Shown here one piece after another: positions 14,101-27,724 of a DNA stretch of 64,000 nucleotides (positions are counted from its first letter, which is position 1; each line of letters starts with the position of its first letter). Below the pieces are notes generated by a model that saw only the letters and a program-made list of their open reading frames with translations, made no database searches and was not told the DNA's origin. The DNA is taken from positions 86,926,001 to 86,990,000 of the forward strand of contig OZ076409.1 of the NCBI GenBank assembly GCA_964187785.1, written 5' to 3'. The position numbers were made by a program, and so were the translations under genes. This DNA is from Amphiscolops sp. MND2022 (lineage: Eukaryota).

Positions 14101-15049
14101 AGAAAAAAGGAAAATGGAGGTCAAAAACGGCAAAAATCCACAATGTCCAACATACCCTGAATGCGACCTTACTTGGATTTGATTCACCAATTTCTTCTTT
14201 GAATGCAGTTCGGGTGTAATAACAAAACTTTAGATCTAACTGAAGTTTTGAAATATTTACGTCATTTCAGATAGTAGTGCCACAAAAAGTATTTGCGGGT
14301 AGACTGTGTTCAAGAAGGCCTTCACGAGTTGGAGTTTTTGCATTCGGGTAGGAAAAACTCACTTTCACGGCTGAGCCGTCACCAGTGTATGAGAGCTACT
14401 GTTAAGTGTCAACCAGAGTTGCTCAGTAGACAATGCCTGGAACTGAATCCGTAGGAGTCCTTGCAACAGCAGGGACTTGAAAACTAACTGCGAAAGTCCC
14501 TAAATGATAATCGGCTACATGGCTTCCTTCGGAAGTAGCAAACTGAAATTTGATTGCGTCATTAACTATAAATCAGTGAGTTTTTGAGTTTACTTTGTAA
14601 AGAAGCATTGCACTAGAATAGGTCGTACTGGAAAGGGGAATCCCTTTAAACGAACCCTCTTTATTAACAGACCCTCCTTAGTTGGTCCGGTTGTAATAGG
14701 TGTCTGATTGAAGTGCAAAAGAGCTTGAGAAATAATTTAAAATCTTGTTTTTTTTTCATCCTCTGGATCTGGTTTTTACGCTACTCCAATGACCTGAAAC
14801 TTGATTTTCGATTTTCGTTGTCTCATTCATAGTAATCGAGGTAAGGAAAATCTTCTCTGTCTTAAGCATTCGTAGTAGGAACGAAAATAATACTGAAATA
14901 ATGCAAGAGATGCAACGACTACAGATAGAAAACATTCAATTTTAGATGCGATTTCGTAGAGAACGCAAACTCTAGTGGTTGCATTTTTAAAAGACCATCG
15001 AAGTGACACATTTCTATAACCATTTCTATAGGTTCAAAATCCTTTTATG

Positions 15050-15520
15050 CAATTCATATGCCACTTGGCCTACAAGTTCACACGAGTTCCACTGCGTGAA
15101 CGCGGGTTCGAATACTGCGTTGGAACAAAATATGTTCATGCTCGCGAAAGTAGAGGGGAAAACAAAGGGTTCCCTTCGATTTTTCGGCACTGTGCGACTT
15201 TTTGTAAAAAATCTTTAATTGGGCCCAAAACTCCACCTTATGCACGTTCGAGGTGTTTTGGGCTTAAAAAACCGTTTTGCGAGTTTAAAGTTCCTTTTTC
15301 AGTACAATGAGACATGTGTCCCGAGAAAATTTTTCAAAAAAGGATATCTTTTGATGTTTCAGGTTAAGGAAACAACTGTTTCCAAGTCTTATGGGTACCC
15401 CTTCGGCTACTTTTTGGCACTGTAAATTTGATTTTAAAATTCCATAATAGTGCCCGGTTGCCAATTTCAAAAAACGTAGCTCGAGCGGCCCGTCAATTTG
15501 AGCTGTCCTCGACTTGTTTT
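15050..15520 (+). mobile_element. Helentron/DINE-like repeat copy, diverged, with B-box-like GGGTTCGAAT
   Basis: Shares aaagggttcccttcgatttttcggcactgtgcgacttttt core and a ..gtcctcgacttgtt terminus. Confidence 0.55.
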
Positions 15521-15650
15521 AAATTAGCACAGCTAATTTCTATATATGGAAGTTTTGTTCGAAATGCATGCTACCTCGGTTAAAACCTTGGTAACTGCTA
15601 AGTCAATTTTTGCATAGATTTATCTATGAAAAAAAGTTTACTCGTTTTAG

Positions 15651-15992
15651 GTTATTGAAAACAGCCTAGTTGCAGTTTTGATGACTCATAATTCTTCCAT
15701 TGCCCCTCAGTTCATTGGAAAACTTGGTGAAACCTACAACATCAAGGACGTCTTCGAATGGATCATTAGCCACTGTATCGAGCATCTTAGAGCAGAAACT
15801 AAAAACTGCCTAAAAAGAATACTGAATGACGTCATTCTTCTGATGGTGTCACACAAAGGGCAACTTCATCGTCCCGACACCGTTGAGATGAGGACATCTC
15901 GTTGGGCGATCCCTCTTGAGAAAACATCCATCATGGTTAAACACTGCCGAGAGATGTTCACTGTTGTTGAAAAAACTGTGAACCGCCGATGA
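15651..15992 (+). CDS. Sacsin-like protein, last exon (remainder of HEPN-like domain)
   Basis: Acceptor cgttttAG at 15650, phase 0. The join gives WTFDMSIK|VIENSLVAVL, matching the HEPN W..f...Qa.EK.LkA helix. Stop TGA 15990-15992. Confidence 0.8.
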   Translation, partial: VIENSLVAVLMTHNSSIAPQFIGKLGETYNIKDVFEWIISHCIEHLRAETKNCLKRILNDVILLMVSHKGQLHRPDTVEMRTSRWAIPLEKTSIMVKHCREMFTVVEKTVNRR

Positions 15993-18874
15993 GCTTCAGT
16001 TTTTGAAAAGATGGCGCTTCTTCTATTTCATCCCTATTTTAATGCTTTGTAACTTCCGTAATGCATACTTCAGCGTTTATTTCCAAATTCTGTGCAAGTC
16101 TCGAACTACTCAGAATCAAACTCAAAATATAATACCTTCCACAGAATTGAACAATGAAAATGAAGTCCAATGCAAGCCTCTGTCAGACGATATGATAGCA
16201 TGAAGCAGAAGCTTCTTAAAAATTCCTATCATGATTCATCAAGATATAAATATAGTTCATAAGTTTGCTAAAAAATGGTTTTTGCGGAGCGACTTAAATT
16301 TTCAAAATCAGTAAACATACTTTTCTGTATAAACACAATTATGATTACGTGTGATTTGCAAAATTCAAGGTGATATTAGATTTGAGATATTGATATAACT
16401 AATTCTATAGCTATCATGACAATTGGTTAAAATGCTTCTCTCTGCAACATTTCCTGAAGAAGTCACGGTTAGCATGCTTAAACTCCTTGTTTTGAACGTG
16501 CTTCCGTTATGTTTTGAACACGGGGTTTGAGTCGGAAGATGATGTAGAAGAAACGAAATGCAAACACTGCTAAAGGGGAAAAATCCTAAATTATAGCCCG
16601 AATGAATGAATATGTTAATCAAGATCTTACAAATGATATCGAAGCAGACGACACACACTCGCAGATAATTCTTTGAACAGCCGATTGGCAGATTCTGGTC
16701 CACTTGTAATGTGCCCTTCCGTACTTGTAATGCACAAACCTCCCAACTCAAAGTCAATTGTAGGGCCAGTAATTGATCAGGTGTATGAAAAATTATCAAA
16801 ACGGAACGTCTCAAGTCGGCGTCCCACTTAAGGCTCAGAAAGCAAAAGAAAGTTAAATGATGCTCATTTTGTTTTTGAGTAAAAAAAAGCAAACACCCAA
16901 AAGAAGACTTTCGTGCCCAGAAAATGGTTTTCTATCACTGAAATTATCAAAGAAAACCAAAATGGTGAGAAAGATTTTTTCGAAACAAATGGCACTGTGC
17001 TGGAAAACGTGACGAGTACACTTCAAGCTCTTGAAACGCATTGCCTAAATTTGAAAATTTTTGAACATCTTCAATGAAAAATTGAAATTTTCCAAAAAAT
17101 GTTGCACAGTGTCAAAACAACCTGAAACACGACCAAACACACTTGAAGGTCAACTTGCCAAACACATTTGGAACTGCCACCCCATTCATGGTTGAATGAA
17201 AACCAAAGTTCAACAAAACCAGTGTTGCCTATTCGTTGCCTAATGACGCCGAATAATCGTCTTTCAACGTTGGATTGGTAAATAAAACACTGGGAGAACT
17301 TGGATAACTTATAAGCTCTCGCTGGTAAACATATGAGAGATTTTTGATTTGAATTGCCGAAAAAATCACAAAGCTAATCAAAAATGTATTTTTGTGTAAA
17401 ATTTAGAGTGAGCTGTTTTATGTCTGCTACCTACCCATCTCAATTGCGCTCAATGGTTTTCAATTTGGAAGAAAAGTGTTAATTCTCTGACTATCCGTTT
17501 TCCTCCGGCGAAGTTTAGAAACACAACGAAAAGTTTGTCACTTGAGGATAACAAACCCTTCGAAAGTCACTGTAGTGAAATCACTTTAGGCTGTAGGTAG
17601 TGCTACGATTTAATAACGAAGTGTTGTTTTGAAAGTCGTTTTAGCTCTTATAAGAGTTGATGTATTAGCCATCAATGTATTTTCAGTCGCAGAGTCTGAA
17701 ACTTCAAACTTTTGAGTGTTGGATGTTTTCTTTACAGTTGGGGCTTTCAGTCTTACCATGTCTTTCTAATTATCAGTTAGTATTTTTGTCAGGTCTGACA
17801 TAATTTCCTGCGGGGGTGACGTTTTGGATCTCGTCTAAGTTTGCAGCATGACGTTTAGGAGATTTACAAGCACCAGGAAATGGATTTTCATTGGAGCTGT
17901 TTTTAACTAGACAATTTCATGCTCACCAGATGCTAGTTGTTCTACTGCTTTCCTTTGCTGATTCCGGGTTATCACTGTGGCGGGAAGCAGAGTGTTTTGA
18001 AAGAATATTGAATTCTAAAACGGAATTGTTATGAATTCGATAAACAGGCCAAAAGTTTACGAACAGTCACAATTATGCTTTTATAGCATCATTTCTTCCT
18101 CACCTAAAACATCATAGGTATCAAAAAATTGTTTTGTTCACAGGAAACACCTCTTGTTTCATATTAGTTCAGTGTGGCGTCTACAAATCATTCATGAATT
18201 TTCTCCGGTGCTTGTCGAGTACATTTGTTTCAGCTGAGTTTATTTCCTGACACTGCGTCGAATGGCGGCAAGACCAAGGTTCGTTCAAATTTCAACGATG
18301 AAGGCACGCTAAGAAAGAAGAATTACTCAACTCACATAGGGAACTTAGTAAAGCTAGAATGAAATGATGACTTTCAGAACTGTTTGCGCGACTAAAGTGG
18401 AGGAACACTGTTTTCCAAAATTTACAATGCGACGAAGGAGAGGAAAGATGACACTTGGATAAGAATTGTACTTTTAACTGCAAAAACACTTAATTTAGTA
18501 GATTTTCCTAGCCTAAAATTTATTGAACTACGCAATTTCATATTTTTTGCGTGAATCATCAAGTTCACCTTGGTAGAGAACATCATTGATTGGTATTGAA
18601 TAGAAAAGCAACGGTGACCCTATAGCTTGTAAAAAAAATTGAGCATCACAACTAAGAACAACCACTTAGAGCAATTAACCAACACAACAACACTCCATCG
18701 TTCTAATATACAACATTAGCGGTTTCTGCATCAAAAAACTCTCGATCTACGGGTCTTCATAACAGCGCATTTAGGTTGAATAGACCAATGTTGACGTTGA
18801 CTTAACGTCACATAATAATGTTGAGGTTAGTATGTTTTTTGAGAAAAAGGCACAGAGTGAAAACTATAGGTGTT

Positions 18875-19045
18875 TTTAGTCAGCCCCTTTTCCCTGAGAG
18901 AAAAAAAGCTCGACTATTACAGAGAGTAGTTTTTTTCAGTTGACAATCTCACTCTGAGTGGTCCACTTTTTACAATTTGTTCATTGTTCAACTTCGACCA
19001 ATTTTTTGAACCCGGAGAGCGTGGGTTTGATCCTCGTTCTTCTGA
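18875..19045 (+). mobile_element. 5' fragment of Helentron/DINE-like repeat
   Basis: Close copy of 19393-19570 (ttttagtc..ccc..gaaaaaag..cgact..cagttgacaatctcactctgagtggtccac). Confidence 0.7.
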
Positions 19046-19153
19046 TATTGGAAAAAACTGATAATTTTCGGTGAATAAGGTGAAGTGTCAGAAATGATTT
19101 CATATTAAGTTCTCCAAATGTTAGTCTGTCATTTTACGTCTGTGTACTCGCTG

Positions 19154-22100
19154 TGTCGCAGACTGCCGACTGTGTGATGGCATATATTATCAATTGCCCG
19201 CAGGGAATAATATTTCTAACCCGGCAACCAGCGTACTGCCAATATGAACCCAGAAGGACTCACGGGATACGCCTACAGCAGAATTAGTACACTATGGATT
19301 GAATATTGTACACCATATAAGCATTATTGGCTTATTTTTAGTCGGCGCCTTTTCCCTCAAGGAAAAAAGCCCGACTCTTACAGTGAGTAGTTTTTTAGTC
19401 GGCGCCTTTTCCCTTAAGGAAAAAAGCCCGACTCTTACAGTGAGTAGTTTTTTTTTTCAGTTGACAATCTCACTCTGAGTGGTCCACTTTTCTTACAATT
19501 TTTGTTCATCTTTCATATTTGTTCATCTTCCATCTTCGACCCAGCCGGAGAGCGTGGGTTCGATTCTCGCACTAAACCATAAATTTTTTAATGCTTCCAA
19601 AAGTACATGTGAGACCAAAGGGTCCCCCCTTTGGGTTTTTTTTCGGCACTATGCGACTTTTTTCGAAAATTTTCGAAATTTATCAAAGGGTACCCCCTTG
19701 AATTTTTTTGAAGTTTTCGGTTTGTAGAAAACGTTGAATGAGCCTGAATGGCCTCTTTTTGAGTTTTTCGGCATTGTGCGACCTAAAAAATACTTTTTTT
19801 CGAAAAAAAAATCAAAAATTTTTTTTTTGAAAAAATTTTTTTTTTCCAAATTTTTCCAATAGTTGTTCCTTGAATATTTTTGAGCCTAAGATATGGCGCC
19901 GACTTGGGACGTTCCCGTCTTGTTTTTTTTTGTTTTTTTTCAGTTGACAATCTCACTCTGAGTGGTCCACTTTTCTTACAATCTTCCATATTTGTTCATC
20001 TTCCATCTTCGACCCAGCCGGAGAGCGTGGGTTCGATTCTCGCACTAAACCATAGATTTTTTAATGCTTCCAAAAGTACAGGTGAGACCAAAGGGTCCCC
20101 CCTTTGGGTTTTTTTCGGCACTATGCGACTTTTTTTCGAAAATTTTCGAAATTTATCAAAGGGTACCCCCTTGCATTTTTTTGAAGTTTTCGGTTTGTAG
20201 AAAACGTTGAATAAGCCTGAATGGCCTCTTTTTGAGTTTTTCGGCATTGTGCGACTTAAAAAATACTTTTTTCGAAAAAAATTTCAAAAATAATATTTTT
20301 GAAAAAAAATTTTTTTTCCAAATTTTCCAATAGTTGTTCCTTGAATATTTTTGAGCCTAAGATATGGCGCCGACTTGGGACGTTCCCGTCTTGTTATATG
20401 TTATACACAGTTTGTGTCCTAACTAACTGTTATCTGTTGTTGACCGATATTTTGGTAAAAGTGCTGTTTTGAATAATATAGGCAATTGTAGCCACGTGTA
20501 CCGAAGGTCTGTCGGTCTACTATTTATTCACATGAGAATCTGTACATATTGTGCTGTAGTCATCTGGACTTTAAGTCCATTATGATATTTTCAGGTGACA
20601 AACTGCCCAAATTGAACACGTATCAACCCGTATATATATTCCGGGTTCAATTCATAAGTTCAATAAAAGTTCAAAGTATAAGTTCAATTTGGACTCAGAG
20701 GCTTGCCCCCCCCCAAAACATAAATAAAAAATAAACTTTCTTTGAGGCTATTTTTACTCAAAAGGGCTAGATGACGCAACTATGATGTCACTTGGCAGGG
20801 CTGTTATGGGAACAAGCTATATCTATTTATAGTAAAATGACACCCTAATTTTCGCTAGTCATGCAGTATTAGATATAAATAGCAAGTTACCTTCAGTCCG
20901 GCGGGACACAATTGAATAAGACGCTAAGGCATACAACTTGCAATTCAGATTTGTGATAAATTAACACAATGCCTTCTCTTTTGTCAATTTACATTATTTT
21001 GATAATTGACTGTTGAAAGATTTCAAGTTTCCTAATGCCTTCAAATACAAAGCAAAGGGCCAAGGAGAGACGCTCTAGACAGTTGGACATCATGTCTGAT
21101 GTTGAAAATGTTGATATAATGTTATGTAGTTATTCGAGGGATGATGAGCAAAATGATCAGAGTGAAAGTGAAGTGAATTTGAATTCAGGGTCCATTAGGC
21201 CCCAGTAAAATTTCAATTTAGTTGGAGAAGACATTAGGTCGCTACTTAATACAAATAGTAAGAGAAAATAGCGAAATGACCATTGAAACAACAAGGATGA
21301 TTAGTGAAAATATTTCAAATCAGATGTCAAGAAAACTCAATGAGGTCAAATCTAGCCTAAATTCCCAAATACAAAATGCAATTACCACGGTAATTGCTGA
21401 GAAAGTGCTTCTTTTTATTCGAATTTCGTTTGATATGAATAGGAGAGGTAATTTCGCCATCGTGGACCGAATGTCCAGTGGGCTACAACGGATCCCCGAA
21501 GCTGTAGAGCCTCAGAAAACGAGGAAAAATCATCCCAAAACGGGTTTTACATGAGAATTTTGTAGACAAATGTTTAAGAGAAGATTCAGTAGAATACTAT
21601 ACAGGCGAACAAAATCGCGACATGGTGACAGGAGCCAACCCTACCACACACGTGGTTCCTGAGTTTCTCACTGGTTGGCCCATGCAATCCCGCGAACTCC
21701 TGCAACGTCAAAATTCCAACAATGATCAGTTCAGGACCCAGTCCCCCCGTCCAGGAGACTACAAATCAAATTTTTCCTCCAGAACCCATTAATTGTCTTG
21801 CTGAAGTTTTAGTAGGTATGAATATTCGTCCAGTCAGCACGACTACACTGACGTTTGGGGGCAAATCGGAGAAGTTCGAACTTTCCAAAGATCTCTTTCA
21901 CACAATGATCAAAATGCGGCCTGATATGACTGAAGCAAAGAAAACGAACCATTTCCATTGTTTGCTACACAAAAACGCTCTACAAACTTTCCTTAACATC
22001 AATACGGCAAACTGTCAAACACTAGAGGACATCTTGGCCGTATTTCGTAGGAAACACATTAAACCTGAATCCCAAATGACCGCCAAACACAAATGGCATA

Positions 22101-23450
22101 GACTGGTGTTTGACCCAAACACCATGAAACTGCTCGATTATCTTGGAACACTTACCCAAGGATCAGAATAAGCGTTTGGCGGAAACGCCCAGGCAATGAT
22201 CGATAGTCTCCTCTATGCCAAACTGCCGCCAAAACTTAAACGTTCAGTCAATATGGCTAGACTCGAAAACGCCACTTGTGAGAAAATAGTCACTCACTTA
22301 GAACGAGAGCTTGAGCTAAATGGACTTGAGGAGGGTGACGATATTCCAGTCCCACAATATCCGGACTAACTGCCCCGATAGCAACACGACCAGTTAATGG
22401 CCTCCTTTCCTCCCTTATTGACCCAGGAATCACTCACAATTACTGCAAAAAAACAAGGACATACCAAAGACGAATGTCGAAAATTGAAAAGGAAAGAGGA
22501 ACTTAAACGCAATAACGGTCAGGCTACGAAAAAAGAGTATCCAAAAAGCCCGACTTGTGACAAACCGAACCACTTGGCCGAGCGGTGTTGGAAAGGCACC
22601 GGAGCTCACATCAAAGGTAAAAACCTTAAACTGGATGACACCGCACCTGATGAAACGTCCAACAGTCAAGGTGATGCAAAAAATAAACAAATAACTTCAA
22701 TTCGAACAAAAACCTGTAAAATAGATTTGGCATGACTTCAAATAAACAAAAAACTTCGCGTCAGACAGTACATTATCTCTGACCCTTCAAATATATGCTA
22801 CACTGAATATTATATAACACTTAAAGAAACATCATCAGCTGACTGGCAGCAGCAGATGAAAACTGCACCTATTTAGTTAACCACTCTGGACCACATGTCC
22901 AACCGACTACGACACGAAAATTCCAGTATACGATCCATATCTTTAAGTGCTCACGCGGGTCGGCAACCAATCGCAGTCCACCGATGGCTCCACTGGGAAT
23001 GAATCAGTATCGATCACAAGTTGGCATCCTTCTTGTGTAATTTTGGGACTTATTCCATCAAAATAAGGTGATTTTAGATCTTGATTCAATCGATTAGATC
23101 GTGATTCAATCCATTGAAATACAATGTTTTCAGATATTCTATCAGGAAAACGTTTTTGGGCCCTATATAACCAGAGCAGCTGTCTAAAAAATCCCATGAA
23201 TACAAGCAATTCGTCAAAAAGCAATATGAACGATCATCCGAGGTCAAGCAAAATCCAAACAAGAACCTCGGGAAAAAATCAGATTTTTTGTTTTGGCTTG
23301 AAAACTGAAACAATCAACACTGTTCGCATTGATGAGGCCCCGTTCAACATGAAACAATCGAAGTTCCGCAGAGATCACTAATCGCAGAAAAAATGTATGA
23401 TTCCGAGGTCCTTCAAATCCTCATCAGAAACATAGGAAACTTTATTTCAA
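19154..23450 (+). mobile_element. Truncated, decayed Ty3/gypsy element C (relative of element B): 5' LTR 19154-21622 interrupted by a repeat dimer, PBS, gag, start of pol; right end approximate
   Basis: Starts TGTCGCAGACTGCC like the element-B LTR. Gag ATG 21035 (MPSNTKQRAKERRSRQLDIMSD) lies inside the LTR; CA|TGGTGACAGGAGC at 21622/21623. ORFs 21722-22171 and 22397-22735 are homologous to element-B gag (KFELxxDLFHTMIKM, CPTC-type knuckle). Confidence 0.85.
19336..20394 (+). mobile_element. Head-to-tail dimer of Helentron/DINE-like repeat with duplicated 5' end
   Basis: Units ~19450-19924 and ~19933-20394 are nearly identical. 5' AGTCGGCGCC is inverted to subterminal GGCGCCGACT, which is followed by the GGGACGTTCCC hairpin and cttgTT end; T-rich flanks, no obvious TSD. 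Confidence 0.75.
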
Positions 23451-23893
23451 AATTTGGGTAGCCTTCTGAAATAACTAATAATTTAATAATTGTTAAAAAC
23501 CAGAAACAATACGCATTTCCAAACAACAATGATGCGAAGAAAACTTTTACTGCCAAACATGCACGAACGCGTGATCTGAATATTCAGAATCCGTTTAAGA
23601 ATTTTTGAGAAAGTTTCCACCGGTGGTGTGAGGTGGAAACGAAGTTAGCAGCCCCAAAGTCTCTCCACTGGTGGCCCCCGGTGGTTTGCGGTATTTTACA
23701 AGTACGGGCATAAATACACTAATAGTGTACTTATCGTGTACTTAGGGTGCTTACATCCTGAACCTCGTAAAATTTTTGAAGAAAATCATTGCTCTTTGAA
23801 AAATTTCATTTTAATTATGCAAAAATTGAAAAAAAACGAGGTATTCTTCTAAAAAATTGTGAGACAAAGTTTATGAAAATCATCAAAGATCAA

Positions 23894-25398
23894 CGTAAGG
23901 AGTAATGTCTACATAGATCACAGGTGGACCTCGAGTCCCTCCTGGTATGTTTGGTATTTGGCTCTTTCCAATTATTACCGAGACCTTGGTTCTTCCCGGA
24001 CGTTTCTGTCCCAGTGCCGTTTTGGTCCAAAAGGTAACTCACAGATTTGTTCTGTTTTCCAGGCATTACTCTACCGGTGATCGCTGAACTGATAGCCCTA
24101 TCAATATGTGTTTGTTTTAGGTTTATCAATGAATGCATTTCTTGGGACAATCCAACACTCATTTCGCCAGCTAGTATTTCAATGGACTCTGCAAGTCCAT
24201 CGTGCCTTGTAGTTCCATTTTTGTTATCAATAAGTCTGCTCTCATTTTCTTCAGTTGAAATTTGTCTGTTATAAAAGGACTCTGAATTCTGGTGCCTTTC
24301 TGGTCCAATTATAATGTTTTCTAACTCTCTTGGAAAAGAGTTCGAATTTCCTACCCCTGTTTTTTATCCATGTTACCATAGCTTGATAGAATATCCATGT
24401 ATCTAGATTTCCTAGCCTTACCTTTCTGACTTCTAGTGGAAGCCATAACTAGGAAGTCAGGAGGAAAGTTTAATTATTCCTGTAATTAATAATTCCAATT
24501 GGTCTGAACTGTTTTAAATTGGTTTAAACAATGTTGACAGTATCAAGGATTTAGAGTTCTCCCCTCTTTAGTGATCATCCTGGGTTTTGAAACCTATAAT
24601 TGAATGACACTCGAGAAAAGGCTGATCATAAAAAAGCATCAATGCTAAACACAGCATCTCTGCTAAAAATAAGATTACTATTTCAGAATGAGAACGCTAC
24701 CTCATTGTTTTTTATATGTGCGGGGAGAATAAAGCGTTTAAGAACAGAAGGGGTGCCTGACGCGTTGACTAATTCGTCTGATATCATATGAACTTGTATG
24801 CGATGATAACTTTACATGACATTATATGCTTTTCAAAATGACCTGTCCGGCCAACAGCTCCATTCGGTTTTTTCATGGGCTAACACTGGGGGGTTGGCTG
24901 GCATGTGAAGGGAAAGCAGAATAAAGTACAGTTAGGTCATTTATTATCGCAATATTTTGAGGTATGGCTTTTGCCTTAAAAAATCACTTTACATGTTACT
25001 TTTATCGTCAGGTATTGTAAACTAAATAATCGCACCAAATACTTGCACATTAGGACCAGCTTGCTTGGCGTTACTTTTTTTTCTCCGTTTTGTTTAAATA
25101 TGTATCATCATGGCAACGGGTGAACAAATGAATAATTCCTGAGCCGTGATTGGGAATATGCCGTCACCGACTATGCTTGCTACACTGAACTGGCAGACAT
25201 TCGAACACGTTTCCCTTCTCCTTGTCAGTATAGCTTTGCTGTCAAATATCAACTGATATAATTATACAAAACAAGTTGACGCATTTCATGGCAAATGATA
25301 AAGTAGTTTGAAAGTATCACTTTATAGCAAGGGAATGGGTCTGTTATTCTACTTTGATTGATTGTAGAGGTTGTCATCACAGGCGGCAGCCTGTGACA
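23894..25398 (-). mobile_element. Solo LTR of the element-B family (1505 bp)
   Basis: Reverse strand starts TGTCACAGGCTGCCGCCTG and ends CCTTACG. Flanks ATCAA (23889-23893) and ATCAC (25399-25403) form a degenerate 5-bp TSD. Contains decayed gag N-terminus (RAISSAI, RRDSRSTCDL). Confidence 0.85.
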
Positions 25399-26479
25399 AT
25401 CACTACATTTTAGCTATTTAGTGAAATCTCTTCAAAACGGGACAAGATTAAGTCAAGATGCAACGCGGTAAAAAGAATCGATCAATGTAGAGTTGCATCC
25501 GTGACCCGAAGTTTCCCGCGGAAGGTTTGGCTGATTCTATCGAGAATGCACAGAGGAGAAACCTGTAATCAAATTTCTTCGAATAACCTAGCTAGTTTTT
25601 GCAACATGTATACCATAGGTATACCATCCGTGTACCATATGTCTTTCGAATTTGGTTCACAAGACGAAGACATTTGTAGACCTGAACGGCTCATTCTTCA
25701 ACTTTTTTGATGTTGATAGACATCCTATTCTGAACACAATAAACAATATGGTTTGCATAAAGAACGAAAGAAGCGAAAAATGTTCTTTTTCAAAATTGTT
25801 GCAAAATGAAAAAAAGTCGCACCTTCCCGAAAAAACTCAGAGGAGCAACCTTTGGCCTTGTCTACCTCTGCAAATGTAAAGTATAAATGTTACATGTTTT
25901 GAGACACGTTTCTGCCACGCATAATAAAACCATGTTGAATTTGGTTTGAAGTTGAATATGAGTGTGTTCTAAAAGTAAAGTCAGTTTAACAGTTGCTTTT
26001 AATACGCACATTGTCTCGAGTGATTCCAATACTCACTGTCTCCTTGTCTTAACTGGGACTTGATTTAAAGCTTACTAGTCTGTCAGCTAAAATGGGAAGG
26101 TCAAATTCAAGGTGTAGCGATACTTGGGAATAATCGCTCAGAAAGAGCTCGCAAGAAAATGAATGTTTCAATTAATTCTACATAATAGATAAAGGGAAAG
26201 TCCATAACTGATGGTTTTCAAAGTTAACTGTAATGGCCGACCAAAACTTGTCAGTGATTGGGTCATCATTATCTAGTGTGCTCATTCACAACTGAGTAAG
26301 GTCTTTTTATCAACTAAATGATCTTCCACAATGACTGCTAAACCTATTCATCTTGTGCTTGGAAAATGACCACCTGTTTCTGGAAAAGTTATTCAACAAT
26401 TACACATTGGTGCATATTCTAGTTAAAGTGTCATTTTTCAATCATCACTTCGTGAAATCAGAATTATTCTATAATGCCC

Positions 26480-27010
26480 TCAGAAGGTGAATTGTTCGGC
26501 GTTCTCCAAAAGCAGGGCAACAGTTGACTGCACAGAGGGCCACTGCTTGTACGTATTCACAAATATGTCCGCCCCCTTCTGGGCTATTTCTGTCACGTTG
26601 TGGACGTCTAGCGGCGGAAGCGAGAAAATAATATTCGATGCATCTCTGGAACCTTCGACCACAATGTAGATTTGTACTCCCTCATACTTTACTTTCTGCT
26701 GACGCAAGGAAAAACTTTGTGGATCATAATAAACACTTTTCACCACAAATGGGTTCGTCTTTGCCTCGAGAAGTTTATTCATGGAAACAACCCACAAGTT
26801 GTCTTTCAAACTTTGCTTCGTTTGGTTGACTAGAGCGTCTCTGTTTGAATCCACCTGTTTGATTGCATTTTTGAGGTTAGACTCTTGAGTTATGACGTCA
26901 AAAGCGAGGTTCTTGTAGGCAGACAACTTTCCAGAAAATTTGGCACCGCATACATCCTGCTCCAACATTTTAGAGCACGCGGGACACTGCTGAAGGTAAT
27001 CTTTCTCGCA
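26480..27010 (-). CDS. Clusterin-like secreted protein, exon 5 (last)
   Basis: Acceptor ggtttttcAG at 27012-27011, phase 0. CEKDYLQQCPACSKMLEQDVC completes the second Cys cluster; stop TGA at 26482-26480. Confidence 0.75.
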   Translation of the reverse strand, partial: CEKDYLQQCPACSKMLEQDVCGAKFSGKLSAYKNLAFDVITQESNLKNAIKQVDSNRDALVNQTKQSLKDNLWVVSMNKLLEAKTNPFVVKSVYYDPQSFSLRQQKVKYEGVQIYIVVEGSRDASNIIFSLPPLDVHNVTEIAQKGADIFVNTYKQWPSVQSTVALLLENAEQFTF

Positions 27011-27240
27011 CTGAAAAACCATGACGAAGTATTCAATTTAAACAACATGCATTAGCCCGCGGATAAAAGTAAGGTTTATCATTCGAAACCTGAAAAGAGG
27101 TTGATTCTCGAAACATTTTGCAACAACTTTTGGATTAGAACTTGAAAGAAAAACGTTTGGAGAACTGTAGTTTTATATACCTCAAATTTTTATATCTTCA
27201 ATTATATCATTCATTCGGTTAGAGAAGCCATTGCACAATA

Positions 27241-27724
27241 AAACAAGACGAGAACGTCTAAAGTCGCTATATAAAGCTCAGAAAGCGCAGTTTTTAAAAT
27301 ATGCAACGGACATTTTCATGAAAAAATTTCTGTTTCCGAACATCCGCCTCCTCCATACTAAAACGCAATATAGTTCGATTATAACGTCAAAAAACGGATA
27401 TAGCGCTTTACTCCGGATATTACGACGGGGACTTCAATAAACTCGAAGGGGGGACCCTTCGGAGACAAAAAATTCAAAAAAGTCGCATAGTGCTGAACAA
27501 AATTGAAAGGGGGACCCTTCAGTCTCTTCCGCCGAATATTCAACGTTATATCAGGATAGTTTTACTCTATAGACACTCAAAATTTGTTCACGTGGCCTGT
27601 CCAGTAGTTTTAGCAGTTTCTGTAAATAGGTGTCCACTACGCATACATTCTGTTAACTGACGAAAAAAAACCTAGTCACTGTAATTGTCGGGCTCATTTT
27701 CTACTAAGTTGCGCCGACTAAAAA
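27241..27724 (-). mobile_element. Complete Helentron/DINE-like repeat
   Basis: Both family ends present in reverse: aacaagacgagaacgtc at 27242 and gtcgggc..gcgccgactaaaa at 27687-27724. Confidence 0.7.

Noticed and set aside
16365..18489. Minus-strand ORFs (16365-16892, 18292-18489) as a gene
   Set aside because: No recognisable motifs or coherent exon chain; possibly decayed coding sequence, but unsupported.
27023..27089. Alternative upstream acceptor (cttttcAG at 27090) for the last clusterin-like exon
   Set aside because: Leads to in-frame stops; the acceptor at 27011 preserves frame and Cys spacing.
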